From assembly GCA_023334545.1 (NCBI GenBank), contig JAADVB010000062.1, forward strand, positions 1-64,000: a stretch of 64,000 bases of DNA, written 5' to 3'. Shown piece after piece: positions 32,186 to 42,930 of the stretch. This DNA comes from Salisapilia sapeloensis CBS 127946 (lineage: Eukaryota > Protista > Oomycota). The notes beneath the pieces are model-generated. The model saw only the letters and a program-made list of their open reading frames with translations. It was not told where the DNA came from and ran no database searches. How positions within the stretch are numbered: the first letter of the stretch is position 1; each line of letters begins with the position of its first letter. Both the position numbers and the translations under genes were made by a program.

Positions 32186-35100
32186 CTACTGCCTTTTATT
32201 GACGAGTTCCTTGATCTTGTCAAGAGGAGACATGTCATCCAAACTTCTTTTAAAAGAACCCGCTCGATCTTTGGTTTGTCTCGCCAGTTGGTGCACTTCA
32301 GTCTCGCTTAGATTTCGAGCCCTGCGCAAAGCATCGGCATACTGTTCAATTTCTCCCAGCTGCTTCAATGCCACCGCAATAGTTTCCAATATGTCATTTT
32401 CCGAAGGATGATCAGATGGACAAATTGAGAAGGCAAAAGAACTTGCAATAATAACAAGGTGGTAATGGTGTAGCTCTATCGCTTGAGCGCAGATTTCCAA
32501 TAGAATGTCAACTTTGCTGTTACATCCAGCAGTAATCTTGCTCTCCAAAAGCTTGCTCAATTTCTCTTTGGATCGAGTAAGAGTCCAGGTACGTATTGCA
32601 GCACCCCATGCTTCTTTGGTGCCCACTTTACTCTTTCCATCTTCTAGGTTATCGAGAGCGATTGCACTCAACGCAGTGATGTGATAGTTAGAGTAAGAAA
32701 AGCAGGACGTGTCTTCCACATAGAGAAGATATTTAAGACTCTGTTTCCAATGCCCAGTGTACATAAGTTGGATGGCCGAAAGAAAAACCCATTTCATGAT
32801 ACGATCGCTGCTCGTAAATCCTTTCCATTCTATCATGGAAGCCAGTAATTTTAAAGAGGCCATATGCTCACCGTTCTGCATGCGTACGATAGAGAGCTGC
32901 TCTAAAAACTCAATATCAATAGCTTCTTGCCCTCTTTCTCTTCTTATAGAATCAATAGCGTCAATATACAATTCTTTCGACCGTTGTAGATGAGATTTAT
33001 CTGCTGAGCTTAGCCACACACCATAGTGAGCGCTAGCTGCAGCAATGCGGGCCGTATTTCTTATACTATCATCCAATCCTGCACGGAGTGAATGCTCGTA
33101 AAACCATGCTGCATTCATAAAATCCTTCTTTTCATCAAACTGCACTCCGATTTCATGCAAGATGTCTTGCTCACTTGATGATGAGTCAAGTGCATTGAGC
33201 GCAGGAAAGAGTGAATAACTAGCGCGGTAGAGTTCATATTGGTCACTGGTGGATTCAATGTCTTCCACAATCAAGTCTTTTAGCATAGCACGAACTTCCG
33301 TTGTAATTGGTTTGATGTCTCTAGCTTGCTTGACGTCTTTATTATTAACAGCTAGCACAAGCTCTTTTGTCGTGGTCATTATTATATCTGTTGATTGACT
33401 GACCTCTACCATGTCGTCTACTAGCTCGAAATTATTTAAAGCAAAAGGTATGTTCTCATCTGCATTGTTATCTAGTAATTCGACTTCTTCATCAACAGAA
33501 CAAGCCACTTGGGAACTTTCTTCCGAGAGTGGTAGCGCCAAACTGTGCTCTTGATCAACAGCATCTTTTCTATCATTTCTAATCGACCGAGGAGTGACAG
33601 CATGATAGAAGTCCGTATGCGACCCAGAAACTTTGATTTTATCTGTCGAGTTCATCTCAAGGATATCATTCTTCTTTGCTTCAGTGAAGTTTTCGCTAAC
33701 ATGCAGCACGACTTCCACCTCATTTTCTGTACTTAATACTTGTGTTTCACTTTCACCTACGTCGGCATGTGGTAACTTGCTTTTTAAAGAAGCTATCGTT
33801 TCATCTAAGTCTAAAGTCTTGTTTCTACTGCTCGTCACAATGGGTGCTGCATCTGAACCTTGATGTTCTGTGGATATACGAGAAATATACCGCTTGTAGC
33901 ATCTTTGAATGACACAAGCAGATCGCATTCTTTTCTTATTCTCTTCCTTTAGCTGGACGTATAATAATCTCCATCTCTGAATACTTTGCATGCATTTCCA
34001 CCAACGCTGCAAGCGTGTGGAAGCAGCGATGGAAAGATTTTCTCGGCAATCCTGTCTCCATATACGAAACTGCTTTTGAATGGCTTTCGTTGCTTGATGC
34101 CGTTGAGTTTCATCTTTTTCCTCTTCGTACATGTCTGAATTTCCACTTTCTTGGTAAGTACCGTTTTGGACGGTGGAAGCCTCTATCATTTCCGCTTTGC
34201 GCCTCTGGCTCCTCCTGTGTAGCCTGCAAAGCACAGTGATAAAAATTGAACAATTGCACCAAATCGAAAGGAGTTGATCGACTCTTTCACATCTCTTCGC
34301 CTTGGCTATTGTACGCACTTCTAGAAGACTTTTTTTCTCTATTTGTCGACGCTGATGCCATTTCATCAGCGATCGACATATAACTTCCAGCGCGTGTTCA
34401 GTTGATACACAATTGCAAACGCGCATTTCTATCTTTGCATTACTCTTGCTTCCACCAGATATCCCAAACATGTCATCGCAGTCAAGTGGGGATAATCTGG
34501 CTACCTCCCAAGCACTCTCTAGCTCCGTGTCGATAAACAACTGTAACTTATCAGCTAGACCATTGTCATCTGACTGCTCTGTGTTGACAGCTTCCGTGCA
34601 AAAGTCAATGTCTTCCTGCGTCATAGCCAAAGTTTCTTTGTCCCTACTCCAAACTGCTACTGTAGAGCTTTCAATCATGGAAGCTTGGGGTCCATTTCCA
34701 CTTTCATCGTCTGCAACAATTGATAGCTCTCTCCTTCCCCTCGATCGATTGGAAAAGTCAAACGAGTAGTAATTGGCATCACAAAATAGAGCATCAATAT
34801 CTTCTTTTTCGAGCTCCTTCCTAATACGCAATCGCTCGGCCTTTTCTTTGTCTTCCTCACTCATGATATAGTTCACATTCCACTTCTTCTTGGGCTGTAT
34901 CAAGTTGTCGATGTTTCCTTGCTGGCTTTGAACAAGGGACTTCCACGCATCTACTGTCTTTTGGAATAACGATGTCGCTTGTGGTACGGTCGACTCGGTA
35001 TGTTCGACATGACTGTAGTTTACAGCGATAGAGGGCTCACTAGGATCCACTTCTAGAGCTTCCGCATGTGGTTCGTTGCCGATGTCAATTCGCTCTACAC

Positions 35101-35509
35101 CACCAAGTTGTGAAATCTCTTCGCACTTGTCAGGCGTACTGACAGATACATCGTTGTTGCCCTCTACAGCTTCATCAGTCCGATTGTGAATGCACTCATC
35201 GCACACCCAACGCACTTTACTAGATCCTCTCTGTTTCCACTTTTTTCCTATCGTTGCCTTGTTCTTGACCAAGAGAGGATGCTGTTGCAGCGGCGGCGTA
35301 AAACAGTACAAGTGCCGTCGAAACGAACAATTACTGCACTTGAGAAGCAGCTTACCATTCAAGTCGCTTTTGCATACGTCACAGCAGTCTTTCGCAACGT
35401 CCACCCCATGCTTTCCCTTCCGTCGAAACATTTTCGAGATCCCATGCTTCCGTCGTACTCGATCATCGTGAAATGCTCGTCCGCTCTCCACACTTAACAA
35501 GTCGCTCAT
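32186..35509 (-). CDS. PHD finger + IQ motifs + C-terminal TPR-like helical protein (~1107 aa)
   Basis: CDVC...CSNC...HLYC...WVCDEC (C4HC3 with a long insert); IQ-like AIQKQFRIWRQ, RLQRWWK, VIQRCYKRYISR; helical repeats LHEIGVQF...AAWFYEHSL, ALKQLGEIEQYADALRRA. Confidence 0.75.
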   Translation of the reverse strand: MSDLLSVESGRAFHDDRVRRKHGISKMFRRKGKHGVDVAKDCCDVCKSDLNGKLLLKCSNCSFRRHLYCFTPPLQQHPLLVKNKATIGKKWKQRGSSKVRWVCDECIHNRTDEAVEGNNDVSVSTPDKCEEISQLGGVERIDIGNEPHAEALEVDPSEPSIAVNYSHVEHTESTVPQATSLFQKTVDAWKSLVQSQQGNIDNLIQPKKKWNVNYIMSEEDKEKAERLRIRKELEKEDIDALFCDANYYSFDFSNRSRGRRELSIVADDESGNGPQASMIESSTVAVWSRDKETLAMTQEDIDFCTEAVNTEQSDDNGLADKLQLFIDTELESAWEVARLSPLDCDDMFGISGGSKSNAKIEMRVCNCVSTEHALEVICRSLMKWHQRRQIEKKSLLEVRTIAKAKRCERVDQLLSIWCNCSIFITVLCRLHRRSQRRKAEMIEASTVQNGTYQESGNSDMYEEEKDETQRHQATKAIQKQFRIWRQDCRENLSIAASTRLQRWWKCMQSIQRWRLLYVQLKEENKKRMRSACVIQRCYKRYISRISTEHQGSDAAPIVTSSRNKTLDLDETIASLKSKLPHADVGESETQVLSTENEVEVVLHVSENFTEAKKNDILEMNSTDKIKVSGSHTDFYHAVTPRSIRNDRKDAVDQEHSLALPLSEESSQVACSVDEEVELLDNNADENIPFALNNFELVDDMVEVSQSTDIIMTTTKELVLAVNNKDVKQARDIKPITTEVRAMLKDLIVEDIESTSDQYELYRASYSLFPALNALDSSSSEQDILHEIGVQFDEKKDFMNAAWFYEHSLRAGLDDSIRNTARIAAASAHYGVWLSSADKSHLQRSKELYIDAIDSIRRERGQEAIDIEFLEQLSIVRMQNGEHMASLKLLASMIEWKGFTSSDRIMKWVFLSAIQLMYTGHWKQSLKYLLYVEDTSCFSYSNYHITALSAIALDNLEDGKSKVGTKEAWGAAIRTWTLTRSKEKLSKLLESKITAGCNSKVDILLEICAQAIELHHYHLVIIASSFAFSICPSDHPSENDILETIAVALKQLGEIEQYADALRRARNLSETEVHQLARQTKDRAGSFKRSLDDMSPLDKIKELVNKRQ

Positions 35510-35565
35510 CACCAAACTGCCGGTATCAATCTTCTTTTCATTTCTATTTATACCCTGTCAATGCT

Positions 35566-38535
35566 TTACTCTAGCGTCGTGTGCGCGACTTGCTCCCACT
35601 CGAGACCTTTGCGGCAAATCTCAACTGTCGGCCAGTAGTGATAGTCCGTACGCAGCGTATACACTCGTTGCTTGGTGTTCATACCAATGGTCTTCAGCCG
35701 AACGCTTTCGCCGTTGCCAAGTTTCTTGACAACATTCAGGAAATCATCCAACGTCTTGGTGCTCTTCCCATTGACCTCGACGACCCATATCGTCGCATGC
35801 AGTCCGTACTTGTGTGCTGGAGAGCCAAAGAGCCATCTCGAGATGTACACTCCCCCACCTTCCGGTGGCACAAAGCCCTTGACACGTACCGCAAGATGCG
35901 GATTCTGAACCATAAGTCCGCTCCAGAAGACGACTCGGTCGGTCCCAATGGCCGACAGCTGGGCCGTCGGGACAGACACCACCATCTCTTTCTGATTCCG
36001 AACGATGAGCATCTCTACTTGTTCCTGGTCTCCAACTGCCATATCCACATCCGCATCCCGGACGATCACTTGTCCGTCAATCGACAGGATGACGTCTCCT
36101 CCCTCCAGCCTACTCGCACACTCTGTGTCAGCAAACGTCCTTTTAACGCCAAGCACCTGCCGCTTGTCCTTGTACTTTTGCTCCAGTCTCTGGATCCAGT
36201 CGCTCGAGATACCTAGACCGCCTGACCTGGCCTTGGAGAGAGAGTACACCAAGTGCTCCATGGGCAAGAGGTTGATGTTCTGTGGTAACTCGCCTTCTCG
36301 TATCTTATTCACGACAGGGACGACGACGCTGGCCGGTAGTCCACGATACACTTCCTTCTTGGAGTTGGATCCGCTGTAGCTGAAGCTCTGCCACAGAGTC
36401 GTCACCTGGCCTTGGTCATTGATCAAGACGCCTCCATGGGATCGAAGCATCCGGTCGAGGTAGAGCACTTCGGCATTCAGCTGCTTGAAGCGAGGGGGAC
36501 TAAAGTCTCGCATGACCATTCGGTCCTGCTTGGTCACCTGGACTGTTTGTGCTACGACACTCCAGTTGCTGCTGAGGCCGATGAACTGCGTCTGTTCTCC
36601 GACCTGAACGTCCGACGCTGCAAACTGGATGCTCGGGATAGTCGTGGCCATCGGACCCAAGTCGATTGGATCGTACTGGACGATCGCAAAGTTGTGGATC
36701 GGATGCACGAGAACGACTTTGGCACTGGACTCTACAGACGCAGCAAAGGTGACGATGACGTCTCCCAACGCCATGGGCACAGTGTTCTGGTCCACGAGAA
36801 CCATGCCCTGCGACGCGTCTACTACGACACCTGTGCCATAGTACGAATTGCTCGAGAGTCCATCGATAGCGTACGGAACATCGAATCGCACCGTCACGAG
36901 AGACTGCAGCACCTTTTCTCCTATTTGGCTACCTCCAGGGAAGTGCAGAGGCGTAGGTACCGAATCCACCTCTTCACGCTCCTTCTTGTCCTTTGGCACG
37001 GGACTAGGACGAGGGTGCCAGACGCCATCTTCGTCGTTTCGAGTGTAAAGCTGCATGGAGAACCACCTTCTATCGATGGAGACGAAGGCAGTACGAGCAC
37101 GATGCCGATCACGGATGTAATAGAAGCGGAAGACGGTACGCGTCTGGTCTGGCAGTTGCGCCACGATTTTTTCAAACGTCTCTAGATCCGGTGTTTCTAC
37201 GCCATTGACAGACGTAATGATGCAGCCGTGGGTCATCCCAGCACGCACGAACATGTGACCAGCTTCTGCTATGAAGACACCGCCGCATGCCATGGAGGAG
37301 GATCTTGCCAACTGGTACGAGAACGAGTGGACGATGCCTCCACTAACTTCCAAAAAGCTGTCTGGCGTGATATCATGCAGGTCTTGGATCGAAACCGACA
37401 CTTCAAACGTCTCTTCTCCTCGCTGTACTTGTATCTGCACCTCTCCACCGACATTATCGTCTTCAAACTCTTCAATTTCTACAAATGTCGTCCGCAGCTT
37501 TCCAGCGTATTGGAGGATGATGTCGCCAGTCTGAAGCTTTCCATCCGCTGGACCGTTCGGAAGGACTTGGTTGACAATGAGCATTCCAGTTTCCTTCGGG
37601 AAGGCTGCTCGTACGGCAGACTCACTCTCGGTCGGCAAACCCAAGCGACGGACTTCATCAAAGGCTGTGTGGCGAAAGACAGTTTGGATCGTTCCTCTAG
37701 GCACATTTTCTCCTTTGCGGACGTAGTCTAGTGCTCTTACGACGCGATCCAGTGGCAAGTAGTAGGACGAAGCCGACATTTTATGTCCACCAGCATTCAG
37801 CGCAATGGCGTTTCCATTGATATTGAGCACTGGGGAACCACTGGATCCACCAGACGTACTGCTCGCTGCAGCATAGTAAAACGTATTAAAGTCATTGTAC
37901 GTGTCGGATCCATACTGCGGAGCTTCTCGATCCAGTTTGGCCAAAATACCAGGTAGGATCGATAGCTTTTCCCCCGAGTCATTGCCTACGACACGAATCT
38001 CGACACCTACTTTGGCTTCATCCGGACGCAAAGGGATCTCCTCTAGCTCCATAAAACGAACCTTTTTCGGATCAAAGCGGAAGAAACCAAAGTCATGAAC
38101 AGGGTCACTATATATTCACGTGAATCAGAATCCAATGAGAAAGAAATAGATGATGATGAAAACGTACCGATAGACGGGCACGAGATCTACTTCCTCCTTA
38201 TTGTGGAAAATGGCATCAGCGACGACTGGTCCAGGTGTCACAACATGACGGTTCGTGAGGATAAGTCCTTGTTCTTTATCGACAATGAACCCCGTGGCCT
38301 GACTGTAATCTGCCACACCATCGTCGAACGCCCGAACGTGGAGCATGCGCAGACTTACGATGGCATGAACGCACGTATCGAGGCTAGAGAGCCATCTCGC
38401 GGAATCTGCTCCTCCTCCGCCCGTTTCCAGCGGCAAGGATCCAGTAGTAGCAACGTCTGGTGTCTGTCGCAAAGGTCTGCCTTCCGTCACCGCATCTTCG
38501 CTGTCGGAATGGTCCGAGTTATCCTTGGCCCCCAT
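35566..38535 (-). CDS. NMA111: Nma111/Ynm3-type HtrA serine protease with PDZ domains and an internal duplication, 2 exons
   Basis: ATGFIVD, catalytic His TNRHVV, Asp YR|DPVHDFGFFRFDP (intron 38108-38167), Ser GGSSGSPV, YYLPLDRVVRAL; second inactive protease-like half (HPIHNFAIVQYDP) and PDZ domains. Confidence 0.93.
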
Positions 38536-38615
38536 GGTTTTTTCTTTTCTTTTTTATGAATGATCGTCTCGCACTTGATCGAATACATTTAACTTCAACA
38601 TATCTTCTATAAAAC

Positions 38616-38637
38616 TTCAATGAGAGTTCAATGAGAG
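38616..38637. repeat. Perfect 11-bp tandem duplication (TTCAATGAGAG x2) upstream of NMA111
   Basis: Directly visible. On the minus strand it reads CTCTCATTGAA x2, each copy with an initiator-like TCATT core, 80-100 bp upstream of the NMA111 ATG. Confidence 0.8.
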
Positions 38638-38705
38638 CAAGCAACGGACAGACACGCAAGTAGACTTTAAGAATGTTTCATTATTAATGCATGTCGTCTT
38701 CACGA

Positions 38706-39347
38706 CTAATGGATGGGCGTCGTCTCCTCCTGCATGTCCTTGGCGCCCTTTGCGATCGCCTGGCCACGCGTGCGGCGGTCCACTTCATCCATGCCGCCCT
38801 TGCCTTCCACTTCTTCTTCCGCAGCTCCGAATGGTGTCTGGGCCCATTCGCGCTCGAAATCTTCCACGTCTCCCATTGGGTCCGAGTGCACCGTCTTGGA
38901 GCTTCCCTCGCTCTCGCCAGGGTGACGCGTCCATGTCGTCGTCACGGATTCGCCGTGGATCTCGCGCTCGTGCACGGCCTTGAGGCGGCCGGCAGAGTCC
39001 TGGTACCTCTTGCGAGAGCTCTGGATCTTGCGTCCTTCTTCGTCTAACACACTCGATGTGGTGAAGCTGTAGGTCGCGTAGGACTGGCCTTGGCTAGGCT
39101 TCACGTCGCCGTCCTTCATGTCTTCAAAGAATTTTTTGTCCTCGGCCGTCGTCTGCGGCAAAATGTCCTGGCGGCTGATGACCCACGGACCGAAAGATCG
39201 GGTCGCTAGCAGATCGGTGTCCAGGAGCGAGGCTTCCAGACGGGAGACAGCCGCCCAGGCCTTGGGACGGACCTTGTCCCATACACTGGCATGACGCACC
39301 TGTCCCGGCGCCTTGTTCATGGCCACGCGTCCAACTCGAGATAGCAT
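38706..39347 (-). CDS. Myeloid leukemia factor (MLF)-like protein
   Basis: YSFTTSSV...RKRYQDSAGRLKAVHEREIHGESVTTT...VEDFEREW resembles the MLF core and its F-x-x-E-W ending; Arg-rich presequence-like N-terminus. Confidence 0.6.
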   Translation of the reverse strand: MLSRVGRVAMNKAPGQVRHASVWDKVRPKAWAAVSRLEASLLDTDLLATRSFGPWVISRQDILPQTTAEDKKFFEDMKDGDVKPSQGQSYATYSFTTSSVLDEEGRKIQSSRKRYQDSAGRLKAVHEREIHGESVTTTWTRHPGESEGSSKTVHSDPMGDVEDFEREWAQTPFGAAEEEVEGKGGMDEVDRRTRGQAIAKGAKDMQEETTPIH

Positions 39348-39384
39348 GTTGATGATTGTCGTAAGTACTTGCGCTTTGGTAGAA

Positions 39385-39400
39385 AAAAACGGAAATGAGG
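39385..39400 (-). promoter_or_regulatory. Oomycete INR+FPR core promoter motif
   Basis: Minus-strand CCTCATTTCCGTTTTT fits the TCATTYBNNNWTTY consensus and lies ~40-50 nt upstream of the MLF-like ATG (39347). Confidence 0.55.
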
Positions 39401-39605
39401 CTGTAAATCGGTCGAAAGATCGAATAGAAACGCTTCGAACGTGTGCATGAAAAAATTGATTCGGAAAAGTAAATTTTTAACTACGCCTGGGACATGGTTC
39501 GTGGACTTTCCGCTGTGCTTCACTTGGTTCTCTGTCCATACACTTTCGAAACGGATCGCCTGCGGAATCTTGAAAAGCTGCAACGATCCTGCGGATACCT
39601 GCCGC

Positions 39606-42314
39606 CTAGAAGATGAGCTGGTTGCCACACGTACGGCAGAAGCGCGCAACGTCCGGGTTCTGCGTCCCGCAAGTGCACAGACCAGGCGTCGACTTGGCCT
39701 TCGACTTGCTCTTTTCTCGCGACCGACTGGAGCTGCTCTTGCTCGAGGAAGACGAGTGGCCAGAGGACGAGTGCGACTTGCCCGGCGGCGACTGTCTCCC
39801 CGGCCGCGACTTGTCCTTTTGCTGCGACGGAGGGTACTCGACTAAATAGGACCCTGGGACATAGCCTCGACGTTCGCCGATATCTACGAGCCACCAGCCA
39901 TCGTCGTCCTATCCAGGCACCAGTTCGTCACCTGATTTCATACATGATACATCATGAAAAGTACCTTTTGGAGGATGGACACCTGCTCTCCGGGGTACAT
40001 TGTCAGCTGCGTCTCATCCTATCGACACGACGTTAGGTTCCCGAAACGCATATGACATATAAGAGCATGTACCATAGCGTCGAACTGGTAGCCGACCATG
40101 CCACGACTGACGACTGGCAAGTGGGACTGCGATCGGAAAGATTCGGCTGCAATCGCCTTTTGTTTACAGCCGCCGCATACAGCCTCCGCGTTGTGTTCAA
40201 AGAAGCTCTCTGTCAAACGATACATAATCAGCTCATGCACCTCGTCACATATATCCAATGGCACATACCTGAGAGCGATCCGTTGCATTGGAAGCACAAA
40301 AAGCAGTCTGGATGGTACAGTTTCTCCAACGCCTTGACCACTTTGCCCTTGAGTCCCTTGTTGCACCTACAGCAGCGCTTACCAAAGCGACTCTGGTAGC
40401 ACTTTTGATGATACGCTTTGCCTTCTTTCTCCGCGTACCCTTGCTCGCCACGAATGACCTGGCGGCAGTAGCTGCACTTGAAGCACTGCAGGTGGAAGTA
40501 CCCGTTCAAGGCACCGATAGCTTCTCCTTCCAGCACCTTTCCACACGCAGCGCACTCCTCTTCTTCCTCTTCCACCTGTCCCTCGTGCTCGTTGCCGACA
40601 CCGATCTCGACTTCCTCTTCTCCAAAGCCTTCGGAGAGCTCACTCACTTCCGACAGTCGGTCATTCTTGTCGTTCCGACCGTTGTTGAACGCGTCAATGT
40701 TTTCTAAATCAAGTACTTGACTCAGTCGCAACGAATCACGGCCAGCACTGCCTGCAGACGTACCAAGCTCACTATCCAAGTCGCTCTCGCCCGATAGCCG
40801 GTCACTCTGGGACGCATAACCATCCACCATTGCATTCAAGTCAAACTCGCCAAGATTCTGCAAACTCTGACGATCAGGAGAGCTCGACGGAGGAGCAGGA
40901 GCTCCTCGCGCACGGTCCTTGGACGATCCGCGACTACGGTGGATCTTGACTGCTTCCTTGGCTCGGCGATCCGCCTCCTCGGCCTCTTTCGCTTTGCGCT
41001 CCGCTTCTCTCTGTGCCTCTTCCTCCGCCTCCTTCTTGGCGGCTGCCTCCTCTTCCTTCTTCCGCTGGGCAGCTCGCTTAGCCTCTTCCTCCGCCTCGAT
41101 ACGCTTCCGCTCGGCCTCCTCGGCCTCCTTCCTCTTCCTCTCGGCCTCTTTCTCCTCCCGTTCTCGACGTTCCCGAGCTTCAATGCAGTCGGTACAGACG
41201 AGCTTGTCGTTCTCCATCGACCCCTTGCTCTCTGGAACCTGCTTCTCACATTGGGAACAGATCATACAGAGTTTATGGAAGTGGACGCCGCCAGCCTTGT
41301 AGACTCGACCGAGGATCTCCTTGTCACACACGCGGCAGTGGTACACCTCCTGTGCGCAGTTGACATGGTACGCCTTCTTCCGGATCAACTGGAACTCGTC
41401 GTTTTCGCCAATGACTTCCCGACAGCCTTTGCAGAGGAGACACACTTCATGGAAGATCTCGCCTTGACACGTGCCAGTGCGTCCTAAAATCGTTTCTTTA
41501 CACGCATGACACTTCTTCAATTTACGAATCGTAGGGTTCCACTCTGCTCCGTCGTTGGCTTTGGCATCCACTTGATCAGGCGCAGAGGAGTGACCAGTGA
41601 AACCCAAAGGACTGTCGTACTCAACATTGCTCTCTAAACTACTGGCTGACTTGATCTGATTGAGTCTGTCGAAACTCTGGTTAGAAGCGTCTCGAGCTTT
41701 GCGCATGTCTTCGTCGCTCGCATTGACGCTACGAGCGAGGAGGACGTACGATCCTGGCACCAATCCTTTTTCATCATCTTTCTCGACCAGCCACCAGCCG
41801 TCCGAGTCCTATAGAGTGCTATTAGATTGTATAAATGCATTTTAATTCGTAAAAAGAACGTACTCTTCGGATGACGAGGAGTTCGTCGCCCTTGGAGAGC
41901 GGGAGTTGCGTCTCCTGATCTTGTGGAATGAAATTAAATTGGGCTGTAGCCTTCAATTTTTCCTGTGGAGGAGGCACGAATGGACCTCTGCATGAAAAAC
42001 CATGATAAGATGCTGATGAAAAGGTATCCGACATATAGGACGCACCCCCAGGATTTTTGTCGTAGCTCGGGGTCCAAGAAGGCGGACGGTAATTTGGGGT
42101 TCTCCATAGCTTGCCACCGAGTTGCGGAGCTCACCATCTTCTCACCGCACTTTGTACACAAGTCTTCGTTCTCTCCTACCTCTCCACATCTGCACCGGTG
42201 CATTGTGCCATCGTTAGTTGTATGCACATCACAAGACAAATACATCATGCATAGACGCAGGTTGAACTAGCACAAGGTGATGTGTATAGCTTACTTTGTG
42301 CAAAAGATCGGCAT
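39606..42314 (-). CDS. Zn-ribbon/SH3/LIM x2/coiled-coil/LIM x2/SH3/Zn-ribbon adaptor protein, 773 aa, 7 exons
   Basis: Exons 42314-42295, 42189-42046, 41987-41864, 41808-40269, 40209-40073, 40018-39965, 39908-39606. All six GT-AG junctions keep frame (2322 nt total). MPIFCTKCG...CTKCG; SH3 ATAQFNF...DGWW...GLVPGSYV; four LIM domains; SH3 GMVGYQFDA...DGWW...GYVPGSYL; CTCG...FCRTCG. Confidence 0.88.
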
Positions 42315-42930
42315 CGTGGCAAAGCAAAGGGTGGTCGAGACGAGGGCGGAGGCGGACGGCGGGTGCCTCTCAAGTCGATTTTGCAATTGTTAGTGCTGTC
42401 TGTCTTGCGTTGCTGCTGCAACCTTGCTGCAACATGGCAACAATGCTACAACCACTTGTCATCGAGGAAGTCGTCGGCTTGAAAGCGACTTTCGCTGACG
42501 TATAGCACTTATTTCCCTTTCTTTCTACAATGTAGTGATGACAGTAGGATGTGGGAGATGTATGGTGGAAGGTATATCCATCGCATGGCTCAGGAACACG
42601 AATAACATTGGAAGGAAAATTATGTTGAGGACAGGCATTCCAATATTGACTAGCAATGACATCGGAGGGAAGAAGAGGCTAGTTTGACTAATTAAATGCA
42701 GCCCGTCGTTACATAACTTTCTTACCAAGCATTTGCGCATGCGACTCGATCGTTCGCAACGCGTTGATCGAAGTCGAGACGTAAGCAATGTCCGGACACC
42801 TAAGTGCATGTACCAGTGTATCACTGTACTCGTTAAGACAGTCCAAAATAAAACACATGGTATCAAGTACTGAGCTACTCGTATATATGCACTATCAACA
42901 AAAGCTGGACACTAAAAACGAAACGCTGAC

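Noticed and set aside
39441-39894. ORFs 39441-39845 (+), 39613-39849 (+) and 39520-39894 (-)
   Set aside because: Alternative frames of the last exon of the SH3-LIM gene, which explains the region.
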